From NCBI GenBank assembly GCA_017454005.1, contig JAFTDU010000007.1:19522-83521 (forward strand): a DNA stretch of 64,000 nucleotides, read 5' to 3'. The notes below the pieces were generated by a model that did not search any database, was not told the origin of the DNA, and saw nothing but the letters and a program-made list of their open reading frames with translations. Within the stretch, counting starts at the first letter, position 1; each line of letters starts with the position of its first letter. Shown here piece after piece: positions 7,255 through 17,156 of this stretch. The position numbers and the translations under genes are program-made. Source of the stretch: Desulfovibrionaceae bacterium. GTDB lineage: Bacteria > Desulfobacterota > Desulfovibrionia > Desulfovibrionales > Desulfovibrionaceae.

Positions 7255-10083
7255 ATGAGTTCTGTTGTACAAGATGCGGATTGGTCACGTTTTTTACAGA
7301 CGATCCAACAATTTCGTGAACCCGCAATGCTGTTGCGGTTAGCCCAAGATGGCGTCTATGAACCGGTCTTTGTTACCGAGCAATTCGCTACCCTCATGGA
7401 GTGTAGCGTTGAAGAAGCCATGAAATTCATGGCCGATAATGGGTATCTCAATAATACCAATCCTGAAGACCGTATTTTTGTACGTCGGATGCTCAGACGG
7501 CACGTGAATGAAGATGGCGGTTCCAATCTCATCGTACGTAAAACCACGACCAAAGGGCATGAGCTCTATTGCGATATACATTATTCTTTTTTTACGAATA
7601 ATGCAGATATCTATGTCTATTGTACATATGCAGATATTACGTTGCTTAAAAAATATGAGCAACGTTTACATAGTGCTTATGCCAATTTAAATGATAATTT
7701 TTATCAGATTTTAGATTCAACCTTAGGCTTGTTTCGTGTCAATTTGAGCAAAGATATCATTGAAGATATGCAGGGGCGGGAACTCTTTAGCACCGACTCT
7801 TCGGTTACGAGCTATTCTTCAGTCTTGCTCAAACGTGCGGAGAGTTGTCTAATTCCCCACGAACGCGAAGAGTTCCTCGAGACCTTTGACCCTGAAGAAT
7901 TACTGGTAGGTTATTTAAAAGGGCGGGCTCAAGCGTCTTTAACCTATTATTCACGTAGGCCTAATGGCAGCTCACGTTATGTCCGTATGACGGCTAATAC
8001 CACGCGTCATCCGATGACAGGTGATATTATTGCCTTTCTGTCTGAAGAAACTGCCAATCAAATTAAGGTTAAAGAGACACTCTTAGATCGCATTTTAGTG
8101 CGGCAATTTGATATGGTTGCCTGGTTGTGTGAGGAGCAATATGGCGTAGTTATTGGGGATGCGGCCTTGATTGAACGTGGCAGTATCTTTCCCATGACGC
8201 GCACAGGCAATTATATTGACTATTTGCAAGCGCAAGTGCAGCCTGTGCTCTATGGATCAAATCAGGAACAAGAGGCGATGTATCAGGCCCTCTTGCCTGA
8301 AACAATTGCCCAAGAATTGCACAAAGCAAGCCCCTATGTTGTCAATATTGCCATCATGCTCAATGCCGAGATTTGGTATAAGCGCTTTTCCTTCTACCTT
8401 GTGGATCCTGAAGCCAATTTCTATGTGGCGCTGAAAAGTGATACTACAGATTTGCAGCGGGAACAGATGCGCGTAAATACCCAATTAAAATTGGCACTCA
8501 GTGAAGCTAAACAAGCCAATGTGGCCAAGACTGCCTTTCTCTCGCGCATGAGTCATGAAATTCGCACGCCAATGAATGCCATTATTGGCTTAGGTACATT
8601 GGCTCTTCATGAGCCTGAATTAACCCCCAGTTTACAGCGTTATTTATCTAAGATTAGTACTAGTGCCAAGTATCTCTTATCATTGATCAATGATATTTTA
8701 GATATGAGCCGCATTGAAAGCGGGCGCATGGATTTAAAGAAAGAAGAATTTTCCTTCAGTAACTTCTTAGATCTTGTCAATACCATGGCCGATGGGCAAT
8801 GTCGGGATCGCGAACTAGAGTATGAATGTATCGTCAATTCGCAATTAGCTGATTTTTACATTGGTGACGATACTAAATTGCGCCAAGTATTGATCAATAT
8901 TTTAGGTAATGCAGTGAAATTTACGAGTCCTGGCGGCCGCGTCTCCTTGACAGTGGAACAGGTGTCTTCTTTTAATGGACAGGCTACCTTGCGCTTTAGC
9001 ATTGCCGATACTGGTATTGGCATGGATAAAGAGTATCTGCCCAAACTCTTTGAACCATTTAGTCAAGAAGATTCAAGCAATACGAGTAAATATGGCGGGT
9101 CAGGTTTAGGCCTTGCCATTACCAAAAATATTATAACCTTGATGAATGGCGACATCACTGTAGACTCAGAAAAAGGCAAAGGGTCGACCTTTACGATCAC
9201 CGTCTCTTTAAAAGAGGTGGATAAGAAGCAATCGGCGCACAGTTTAAATCTCGATCCCAAAGATCTGCGGGTCTTAATTATTGATGATGACCCAGTTGCC
9301 TGTAAGCACACCCATATTGTCTTGGAAGAGATTGGTATTGCCTCTGAAACCTGTCTGTCAGGCCCAGAAGCTTTAAAATTGATCTCTACCCATCATGCCA
9401 GATGTGAGGATTTTAACCTGATCCTTGTTGATTTACGCATGCCAGAGCAGGATGGGATTGTGGTATCTAAAGCCATCAGAGAGATGATGGGCGATGTGGC
9501 AACTATTATTATTACCGCTTATAGCTGGCTCGAAGTGGAACAAGAGGCGCGTGCTGCAGGTGTAGATAGCTTCCTTGCCAAACCTGTCTTTGCAAGTACT
9601 GTGCTGCAAGAGTTCAAGCAGATTCTGCAGCGCAAGCAACAAGAGCATAAAGATGTCATAAAAGAAGCCAAGCTTGAGGGTCGACGAATTTTATTAGCCG
9701 AAGATGTGCAGATTAATGCCGAAATAATGATCCAACTCTTAGACATTTTACAGATTAGCGTCGACCATGTGGAAAATGGGCAATTAGCTGTGGAAAAATT
9801 TAAGTCACAGCCTGTGGGCTATTATGACGCCATTTTGATGGATGTGCGTATGCCTGTTATGGATGGCTTAGCGGCCACCAAAGCCATTCGGGCGCTAGAT
9901 AAAGCTGATTGCCAGCTAATTCCAATTATTTCAATGACGGCCAATGCCTTTGATGAAGATGTGCAATTGTCGATGCAAGCTGGCATGAATGCCCATTTGA
10001 CAAAACCTGTGGAGCCCGAGTTATTGGAGCACACCTTGGCGCAACTCATTGCCAAATATGACTTACAGCGGGGCAATCTTTAG
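7255..10083 (+). CDS. Cytoplasmic hybrid sensor histidine kinase with PAS-like N-terminus and two receiver domains
   Basis: FLSRMSHEIRTPMN H-box, NILGNAVKF, DTGIGM, GGSGLGL, and two receiver domains (VLIIDDD, ILLAEDV). Confidence 0.92.
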   Translation: MSSVVQDADWSRFLQTIQQFREPAMLLRLAQDGVYEPVFVTEQFATLMECSVEEAMKFMADNGYLNNTNPEDRIFVRRMLRRHVNEDGGSNLIVRKTTTKGHELYCDIHYSFFTNNADIYVYCTYADITLLKKYEQRLHSAYANLNDNFYQILDSTLGLFRVNLSKDIIEDMQGRELFSTDSSVTSYSSVLLKRAESCLIPHEREEFLETFDPEELLVGYLKGRAQASLTYYSRRPNGSSRYVRMTANTTRHPMTGDIIAFLSEETANQIKVKETLLDRILVRQFDMVAWLCEEQYGVVIGDAALIERGSIFPMTRTGNYIDYLQAQVQPVLYGSNQEQEAMYQALLPETIAQELHKASPYVVNIAIMLNAEIWYKRFSFYLVDPEANFYVALKSDTTDLQREQMRVNTQLKLALSEAKQANVAKTAFLSRMSHEIRTPMNAIIGLGTLALHEPELTPSLQRYLSKISTSAKYLLSLINDILDMSRIESGRMDLKKEEFSFSNFLDLVNTMADGQCRDRELEYECIVNSQLADFYIGDDTKLRQVLINILGNAVKFTSPGGRVSLTVEQVSSFNGQATLRFSIADTGIGMDKEYLPKLFEPFSQEDSSNTSKYGGSGLGLAITKNIITLMNGDITVDSEKGKGSTFTITVSLKEVDKKQSAHSLNLDPKDLRVLIIDDDPVACKHTHIVLEEIGIASETCLSGPEALKLISTHHARCEDFNLILVDLRMPEQDGIVVSKAIREMMGDVATIIITAYSWLEVEQEARAAGVDSFLAKPVFASTVLQEFKQILQRKQQEHKDVIKEAKLEGRRILLAEDVQINAEIMIQLLDILQISVDHVENGQLAVEKFKSQPVGYYDAILMDVRMPVMDGLAATKAIRALDKADCQLIPIISMTANAFDEDVQLSMQAGMNAHLTKPVEPELLEHTLAQLIAKYDLQRGNL

Positions 10084-10496
10084 GGGCGTCTGCCTTTGCG
10101 GCAACACTGCTCGGTATTTAGGGTGAGAGCTGGAGTGAGTTCTCTTTGCAGATTGTGGGCAAAAGTCTGATATTCTTTGGATAACTCGCGCCGCAAGGTT
10201 TGTAGTTCTAAGCCTAAGGTTGGTAGGGTTTCAGGGGCAGCTGAGCTATGGTAGCGCAAAGCCCTAAGCGCCGCTAATTTTTGGCGGATGCCCTGTTGAA
10301 TATGTTGAATACGTGCTTTGTGCTCACTAATCATTTGGCGCAAGAAGAGCTGCTGTGCTTGCGGTTGACTGGCAATCTGCGCGTCAATTTCGGCCCAGGG
10401 CAGTTCTTGTAAACAGTGGGCGCAAGGCAAGAACTCGGCCGCCTTAAGGGGCTGGGCCAAGAGCAAGATGCTTAAAAGCAGGCAGATTTTCAACAT
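10080..10496 (-). CDS. Small secreted helical protein, possibly a second ZraP/Spy-like protein
   Basis: Signal peptide and coiled-coil-like body. Its stop codon overlaps that of the convergent kinase. Confidence 0.55.
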   Translation of the reverse strand: MLKICLLLSILLLAQPLKAAEFLPCAHCLQELPWAEIDAQIASQPQAQQLFLRQMISEHKARIQHIQQGIRQKLAALRALRYHSSAAPETLPTLGLELQTLRRELSKEYQTFAHNLQRELTPALTLNTEQCCRKGRRP

Positions 10497-10562
10497 GATG
10501 ATTTCAGTGTTATATGATGATTAAAGAAAAAGACTACTTTAGTGCCTCTTAAATTGTTTTAT

Positions 10563-10597
10563 GTCAATCACCCCGACCCACAAGGGGGCGGGGCTTG
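10563..10597. mobile_element. IS200/IS605-family terminal hairpin (orphan end)
   Basis: GTCAATCACCCCGACCCACAAGGGGGCGGGGCTTG matches the GTCAACxACCCC...GGGGCTTG end motif typical of this family. Confidence 0.65.
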
Positions 10598-10802
10598 CAG
10601 TTCATCCACGAAGTACTGACGTCATGGCTTTTGCATGCACTTAAGCGTTCGTCATAGGCATACACACGGTATATGCCTATGGTCGCGCAGTCTTGATATT
10701 GACAAAGCCTTTGTTTCGTAAGGCTATACCAGGCAGAAATATGCTATTTAACTTTACACTTCTTTAAACTGTGTTTGCGTCACCAGATATTACCTTTCAC
10801 GA

Positions 10803-11099
10803 CAAATTCGTGAACATTGTAGTGTTCTGCAGATGCCCATGGTATCAGCATGTTTTAGATGTGAGACGCAGCAAGAGTATATTCAATACTTTCACTGGTT
10901 ATAATAAGTGTTCACGAATTTCGCTGTAAATGTAATAAGCAGTTTATAGTTACGATTTTGTTTGTGGATACAACCACACTTCGGGCACATAGATGTATAT
11001 TATCTTTACTTGCAAATTCGTGAACATTGTAGCTTTCTGCAGATGCCCATGGTATCAGCATGTTTCAGATGTGAGACGCAATACTTTCACTGGTTATAA
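10803..11099. repeat. Two near-identical direct repeats of about 90-100 bp, 210 bp apart
   Basis: CAAATTCGTGAACATTGTAG..TTCTGCAGATGCCCATGGTATCAGCATGTTT.AGATGTGAGACGCA...ATACTTTCACTGGTTATAA at 10803 and 11013. Confidence 0.9.
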
Positions 11100-11459
11100 A
11101 AAATCGAACACCTCTTATAAATGTTCACTAATCAGCGATAAAGTTAATAATTCGTTGGTACTTTGATAACTTGTGAACCTGATTTGGATACCTGCTACGG
11201 TTACGACCTTTCAGACTTAGCGTGGAAAGCTTATCTTCGTTGCAGCTTATATTCTCAATATTTTTCAACAGGAAAAGCGTTACAGTTCTCTCTGTCGGTC
11301 TTGGTGATCATATTACGACAGGTGTCTTAGAAAACGATATATTCAAAATGAAGGTTAAGAGCTGCTTCAACCATGATATTTGTGAAACAATTTAAGCTCA
11401 TGTTAGATCATTAGCTTTTTTGTTAAGCTTAAGCCTTTTTAAGAGATATAAAGCCAAGC

Positions 11460-12875
11460 ATGAATTTTCGTCATTTTGCTCAGGTATCTTCTTCCGGGAA
11501 GCTCTTAGTTCTAAGTGCGCTTCTCATTGTAGCCATTATGATGGCAACATCACTTGCTGCCATTAAACAGGCTGATCAGTCTATGGCTAAATTACTTGGG
11601 GAAAAGGGTGCCTCCCTCATAGCCGTCTGTGAGAGTATTTTACGCTCAGGTATGCGCCATGAGATTGGCATTAGGCTGCAAGTATTGTTGGAAGAGATGA
11701 GTACCAATCCTGATTTGATGTTTGCCTGTGTGACCATGCCTGATGGTTTGATTTTAGCCCACAGTAATGGCGAACGTATTGGCGAAATGCTCAGTGTCAA
11801 TGGCGAGATTGTTGGCGAAGGCCTCTTGCAGGATTTGCATGCAAATCTTGAGGCACAATGGCGGTTTATGAATCTTGAAGACCACGACGTCTTTGTGGTG
11901 TATAAATTATTTACACCGAGTGTCGTAAAAATTAACACGCTGCCAACACCCATCATCTTCTTAGGTATTAATGTCGCCCCCTTTGAAATTACGCGCACCC
12001 AAACCCATATTTATTTTAGTATCTTGTCAGGCATAAGCTTGTTAATGCTCATCGCAAGCTCTGTAGCCTTGTTTTTTGCCCAAAGGGCCAAACAGTCAGA
12101 ACAAAAACAACGTCAAGCTGAAAAGCAGGTGCGAGAACTGGAGATATTAGTGCAGCGGCGCGAAAAATTAGCCGCTGTGGGTAGCCTTGCCGCAGGTGTG
12201 GCCCACGAAATTCGCAATCCCTTAAGTTCTATCAAAGGCTATGCAACTTATTTTGGCGAATTATTTGCCGAAGATAGCGATGAGCGGGCCTGTGCTATGG
12301 TTATGGTGCAAGAGGTAGAACGCTTAAATCGCGTTATCTGCGATTTAATTGGCTTAGCTAAACCCAGCACCTTGCAGTTACAATCTGTAAATCCAAGAGA
12401 GCTCTTGGTGAATCTCGTGCGGCTCTTGCGGCCAGAACTCTTAGCGCAAAAGATTCAGGCCAAAATTTATCAGGGCCCTCCCTTGGAGCCAATTTGGGCC
12501 GATCCAGAAAGGTTGCATCAAGCACTGCTCAATCTGTGTTTAAATGCCATTAAGGCCATGGAGCAGGGCGGGCGACTCTCCTTGGGGGTGCGTAACACAA
12601 GAGATGGCGTAACTTTTGTGGTTTTAGATACAGGTACAGGCATTGCGCCAGAGGTCTTAAGCCATATTTTTGACCCCTATTTTACGACCAGAGGCAATGG
12701 GACAGGCTTAGGGTTAGCCCTTGTGCATAAGATTATTGATGCCCATAAGGGCCAAATCATTGTGCGCTCGCGCCTCTGCTCTAGTGTGCAGCACAAATCT
12801 GGCGGCAGCTTATTTTTAGTGTATGTGCCGCGATCTGGGGGAACACAGGATGCAAGCTCGAATCTTGATAGTTGA
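11460..12875 (+). CDS. zraS: Membrane sensor histidine kinase, ZraS/HydH-like
   Basis: Two TM segments, LAAGVAHEIRNPLSSIKGYA, NLCLNA, DTGTGI, GTGLGL. Confidence 0.8.
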   Translation: MNFRHFAQVSSSGKLLVLSALLIVAIMMATSLAAIKQADQSMAKLLGEKGASLIAVCESILRSGMRHEIGIRLQVLLEEMSTNPDLMFACVTMPDGLILAHSNGERIGEMLSVNGEIVGEGLLQDLHANLEAQWRFMNLEDHDVFVVYKLFTPSVVKINTLPTPIIFLGINVAPFEITRTQTHIYFSILSGISLLMLIASSVALFFAQRAKQSEQKQRQAEKQVRELEILVQRREKLAAVGSLAAGVAHEIRNPLSSIKGYATYFGELFAEDSDERACAMVMVQEVERLNRVICDLIGLAKPSTLQLQSVNPRELLVNLVRLLRPELLAQKIQAKIYQGPPLEPIWADPERLHQALLNLCLNAIKAMEQGGRLSLGVRNTRDGVTFVVLDTGTGIAPEVLSHIFDPYFTTRGNGTGLGLALVHKIIDAHKGQIIVRSRLCSSVQHKSGGSLFLVYVPRSGGTQDASSNLDS

Positions 12876-14205
12876 TGATGATCTTGCGCATCGCAGCATG
12901 TTAAAAACCCTGCTTAAGTCATGGCAGTACCAAACCCTTGAAGCAAGCGATGGGGCTGAAGCCGTAAAACTCGTGAAAACTGAAGGGGTTGATGTGGTCT
13001 TAAGTGATGTGCGCATGGCGAATGTAGATGGCTTAACTGCCTTAGCTAGCATTTTAGAATACAATCCTGCCCTGCCTGTGATCTTAATGACAGCCTATTC
13101 TTCTGTGGAAACAGCTGTCAATGCCTTGCGCAAAGGGGCCTTTGATTATTTGATTAAGCCCTTAGATTTTACGGCCTTAAAAGATACATTAAAGCGGGCC
13201 TATGCCCAAAGCCACTCAACTCTTCTACCCAAAGAATTGCGCAAGCAAGTGACTCAAGCTCGCGAGTCTACTCCCATTTTAGCCCGCAGCCGCGTCATGG
13301 AAGAGCTTTTGGCAACCATAAGCCAAGTGGCACCCACAGAGGCAACAGTCTTAATCTGTGGGGAATCTGGTACTGGGAAAGAGTTGGTCGTTAAAGCCCT
13401 CCATGCCGCAAGTGCGCGAGCAAAAGAGCCTTTAATTGTCTTAAACTGTGCGGCCTTAGCCGAAAATTTGCTTGAGAGTGAACTCTTTGGCCATGAGAAG
13501 GGTGCCTTTACCGGGGCTGATAAACGGCGCGAAGGTAGATTTGTGCAGGCTGATGGCGGCAGTTTATTTCTAGATGAGATTGGGGAGATGCCCTTGGCGT
13601 TGCAAGCAAAACTTTTGCGCGTCTTGCAGGAAGGAGAGGTGCAAAGGGTGGGTGCAGATCAGTCGCTCCATGTGAATGTGCGCGTCTTTGCTGCCACAAA
13701 CCGCAATTTGGAAGAGGAGGTTGCAGCTGGCAGATTCCGCCAAGACCTCTACTTTAGGCTCAATGTCATCCGCTTAGATGTCCCACCTCTACGGGAGCGC
13801 TTGGAGGATATTCCCCTCTTAGCCGGCCATTTTTTGGAACTCTATGCCGAACGCAATAAAAAAAAGGTGCAGGGATTTGCACCTAAAGTTTTAGATCGTT
13901 TGCTGCGCTATAATTGGCCTGGCAATGTTAGAGAGTTGGAAAATTGCGTGGAGCGAGCCGTGATTTTAGCAAAAGGTGAGCGCATTGAAGAAGCTGATTT
14001 GCCAAAGCACATTGGCGCAAAGGAGAGGTCAGATACCTTAAATCCTTCTGAGCTTGCAGGTTTGACGCTGGATGCGGTGGAGCGTTTAGCCATTACCAAA
14101 ACCCTAGAAGCCACCAATGCCAATAAAAGTGAGACCGCAAGGCGCCTTGGCATTACCCGCTCGACCCTACACAGCAAATTAAAAAAATATGCCTTAGAAG
14201 AGTAG
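12850..14205 (+). CDS. zraR: Sigma54-dependent response regulator, ZraR/HydG-like
   Basis: Receiver domain, GESGTGKE, GAFTGA, FLDEIGE, WPGNVREL, Fis-type HTH. Confidence 0.85.
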   Translation: MQARILIVDDDLAHRSMLKTLLKSWQYQTLEASDGAEAVKLVKTEGVDVVLSDVRMANVDGLTALASILEYNPALPVILMTAYSSVETAVNALRKGAFDYLIKPLDFTALKDTLKRAYAQSHSTLLPKELRKQVTQARESTPILARSRVMEELLATISQVAPTEATVLICGESGTGKELVVKALHAASARAKEPLIVLNCAALAENLLESELFGHEKGAFTGADKRREGRFVQADGGSLFLDEIGEMPLALQAKLLRVLQEGEVQRVGADQSLHVNVRVFAATNRNLEEEVAAGRFRQDLYFRLNVIRLDVPPLRERLEDIPLLAGHFLELYAERNKKKVQGFAPKVLDRLLRYNWPGNVRELENCVERAVILAKGERIEEADLPKHIGAKERSDTLNPSELAGLTLDAVERLAITKTLEATNANKSETARRLGITRSTLHSKLKKYALEE

Positions 14206-14209
14206 CTCT

Positions 14210-14812
14210 ATGGACGATAATCTAGCTGCGGTAACAGACAAGCAACTTGAGCGCATCGCTGACTTAATTCACGAAGTGGGGATGTTGCGCAAAACCCCCC
14301 GCACCGGCTGGCCCTTTTTAGGTACAAATAGCGAAAATGTTGCTGAGCATTCTTTACGGGTCAGTATCATTGGCTATATTTTGGCACGTTTAGCGGCAAT
14401 TGAGCCTGCAGAAGTTGTTATGTTATGTCTCTTCCATGATCTGCATGAGGCTAGAACTGGAGATTTTAACTACGTCTACCATCGTTATAATACCCTTGAT
14501 GCGCAAAGAGCTCTTAGTGATGCCTTACAAGGTACAGGCTTAGAAGAGATTCAAGACTATTTTAGCGAGTTTTGTGCAGGCCAAACAAAAGCTGCAAGCC
14601 TTGCCAATGATGCTGATCAATTGGATCTCATTGCCAATTTACAGGTGGAATTACGCAAGGGCAATGACTTTGCAAGGGACTGGCTAGATAGTGCCATCCC
14701 AAGACTGAAAACCCACGAAGGCCGCTTATTAGCCCAAGTGCTTTTGCGTATAGATCCAAATAACTGGTGGTATGGACATATTGAAAAAGAGTTTTGGGTA
14801 CACCATCGCTAA
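14210..14812 (+). CDS. HD-domain hydrolase (YfbR/HDDC2-like)
   Basis: RTGW..ENVAEHS, LFHDLHEARTGD, DADQLD. Confidence 0.85.
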   Translation: MDDNLAAVTDKQLERIADLIHEVGMLRKTPRTGWPFLGTNSENVAEHSLRVSIIGYILARLAAIEPAEVVMLCLFHDLHEARTGDFNYVYHRYNTLDAQRALSDALQGTGLEEIQDYFSEFCAGQTKAASLANDADQLDLIANLQVELRKGNDFARDWLDSAIPRLKTHEGRLLAQVLLRIDPNNWWYGHIEKEFWVHHR

Positions 14813-14873
14813 TAGAGATGTTTTTGCTTAAGTGCATGGCCTTTAAAGTTGCAGGTTCCAGTATTTACTTGTT

Positions 14874-15653
14874 TTATGCTTCGACCAAGGTGCCTAGAGG
14901 TTCCCCTGTGAGTAAATAGCGACTTAAGCTTGCAGGCGCACGACCATCTAAAATGAGTGCCTGTTCTGCCCCTTGTTCAAGGGCGTTAAGGCAGCTATCT
15001 ATTTTGGGAAGCATGCCCCCTTTTATGATGCCCTTGTCACGTAATTCTTGGATTTTAGTGCGATTTAGTTTTTTGATAACCTGACCTTCGCCATCAAGTA
15101 CCCCTGGCACATCAGATATGAGGACAAAGTATTTGGCTTTAAGAGCGCCTGCAATGGCACCAGCTGCGAGATCGGCATTGATATTATAGCACGCAAAGTT
15201 GATTCCATTGGCAAGGGGGGCTATGACCGGGGTAAAGTGGGCTTTAAGGAGCGTCTCGATAATTTGGGTATTTACTTGCGTAATTTTGCCTACCTGCCCG
15301 AGTTTTATGTCAAGAGGTTCACACATTAAGAGCTCAGCATCGCGCCCTGATAGGCCAATAGCCTTAACACCTGCTTGGGCTAATCTAGCCACAACATCTT
15401 TATTGACACTGCCAGCCAAGACCATTTCCACAACTTGCATGGTGGCCGCATCGGTAACCCGCAAGCCATCAATAAATTTACTTTCAATATGTAAATTTTT
15501 GAGCATGCTATTAATCTGAGGGCCTCCTCCATGCACAATGATACAGGGATAATGCTCTTGTGTTAATTTTAAAATGGCCTTGGCAAAGGCTGCCGCTAAA
15601 TCTGCTTGATCCATGGCGTGGCCGCCATATTTGATAACAGCGAGCTGCTCCAT
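14874..15653 (-). CDS. argB: Acetylglutamate kinase
   Basis: VIKYGGHA, VHGGGPQI, GLRVTD, YNINAD, GGMLPK. Confidence 0.95.
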   Translation of the reverse strand: MEQLAVIKYGGHAMDQADLAAAFAKAILKLTQEHYPCIIVHGGGPQINSMLKNLHIESKFIDGLRVTDAATMQVVEMVLAGSVNKDVVARLAQAGVKAIGLSGRDAELLMCEPLDIKLGQVGKITQVNTQIIETLLKAHFTPVIAPLANGINFACYNINADLAAGAIAGALKAKYFVLISDVPGVLDGEGQVIKKLNRTKIQELRDKGIIKGGMLPKIDSCLNALEQGAEQALILDGRAPASLSRYLLTGEPLGTLVEA

Positions 15654-15716
15654 TGTGAACTCCTTCTGATATAAGGTTTTTTCGTCACGTTAACTTTAAG
15701 ATGAGACACTATTTTT

Positions 15717-17114
15717 ATGACTAAAGAGGTGAGAACGCGTTTTGCTCCCAGCCCCACGGGCCATCTCCATTTAGGTGGTGCCCGCACGGCAATTTTTAAT
15801 TGGCTCTTAGCTAGACATTTTAATGGTAAATTTAGCTTAAGAATTGAAGATACCGATACCTTACGCTCTAAACAAGAATATACGGATTCCATTTTACAAA
15901 GCATGCGTTGGCTTGGTCTTGATTGGGATGGGGATTTAATCTACCAAAGTCAACGTACAGACCTCTATAAGGCCTATGTGGAACGCTTGCTTGAGCTTGG
16001 CAAGGCCTATTGGTGTAGCTGCACTGCGGAAGAAGTGGAAGCCATGCGCGTGAAAGCTAGAGCCCTGGGCCAAAAACCCCGTTATGATGGAAGATGCCGT
16101 GATCTTGGTTTAGGGCCTGCACCTGGGAGATGTGTGCGTTTACGCTTGCCTGCAACAGGACGCATTGCCTTTCACGATCTTGTCAAAGGCCCCATTGCCA
16201 TTGATGTGCAAGAATTAGATGATTTTGTGTTGCTTAGGGCTGATGGCATGCCCACCTATAATTTAGCTGTGGTTGTGGATGATCATGAAATGGGCTTAAC
16301 CCATGTTTTACGCGGTGATGATCATCTCTCAAATACCCCAAAGCAAATTTTAATTTATCAGGCGCTTGATTTACCAATACCTGAGTTTGGCCATGTGCCC
16401 ATGATCATGGGCAAAGATAAGCAAAAATTATCTAAGCGCCATGGAGCTAAAGCTGTTATTGAATATGAAAAAGATGGTCTTTTGCCCCAGGCCTTGGTCA
16501 ATTATCTAGCCAGATTAGGCTGGTCACATGGGGATCAAGAGTTATTTACCCTTGAGGAATTGGTAAAATATTTTGATGGTACAAATCTCAATCCCTCCCA
16601 AGCCTGTTTTGATGAGGTGAAACTTAGTTGGTGCAATGCCCAAACCATGCGCGGTCTCCCCTTAGAGACGCTGGCATGTAAAGTACAGCCATTTGTCGCA
16701 AACTTGGGCTTTGACACAAGTCTTGCCCGACTTGAACCTCTGTGCGCCATGTTTCGGGAACGCGCAAGTGACTTATGTGGCCTTGCAGCGAGCTTCAAGC
16801 CCTTGTTAGTTACAAGTAGCGAGCTTGAATATGTGGCTAAAGATACAGCTAAGCACTTTAATGCCCAAGGTAAAGTGTATCTAGAGGCCTTGATGAAAGT
16901 CTTTCAAAAGGTTGAGCCATTTACTTCTCTGCCCTTGAATGAGGCTTTAAATGCTTATGTTGCCGACAATAATTTACGCTTTAAAGATGTGGCGCCGCCC
17001 TTGCGTACAGCCTTAATGGGTTTCATGGGTGGGTCACATTTACAAGATATTATGGCGTATTTAGGCCCAGAAGAAACTCAAAAGCGGCTCCAACGTGCTA
17101 TAGAGATGTGTTAA
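15717..17114 (+). CDS. gltX: Glutamate-tRNA ligase
   Basis: RFAPSPTGHLHLGG, RIEDTD, KLSKR. Confidence 0.97.
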   Translation: MTKEVRTRFAPSPTGHLHLGGARTAIFNWLLARHFNGKFSLRIEDTDTLRSKQEYTDSILQSMRWLGLDWDGDLIYQSQRTDLYKAYVERLLELGKAYWCSCTAEEVEAMRVKARALGQKPRYDGRCRDLGLGPAPGRCVRLRLPATGRIAFHDLVKGPIAIDVQELDDFVLLRADGMPTYNLAVVVDDHEMGLTHVLRGDDHLSNTPKQILIYQALDLPIPEFGHVPMIMGKDKQKLSKRHGAKAVIEYEKDGLLPQALVNYLARLGWSHGDQELFTLEELVKYFDGTNLNPSQACFDEVKLSWCNAQTMRGLPLETLACKVQPFVANLGFDTSLARLEPLCAMFRERASDLCGLAASFKPLLVTSSELEYVAKDTAKHFNAQGKVYLEALMKVFQKVEPFTSLPLNEALNAYVADNNLRFKDVAPPLRTALMGFMGGSHLQDIMAYLGPEETQKRLQRAIEMC

Positions 17115-17123
17115 GCAAACTCT

Positions 17124-17150
17124 CCCGCAGCAACTTGAAGTTGCTGCGGG
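17124..17150. terminator. Hairpin terminator between convergent gltX and fliR
   Basis: CCCGCAGCAACT-TGA-AGTTGCTGCGGG, a perfect 12-bp stem. Confidence 0.75.
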
Positions 17151-17156
17151 TCTTGT

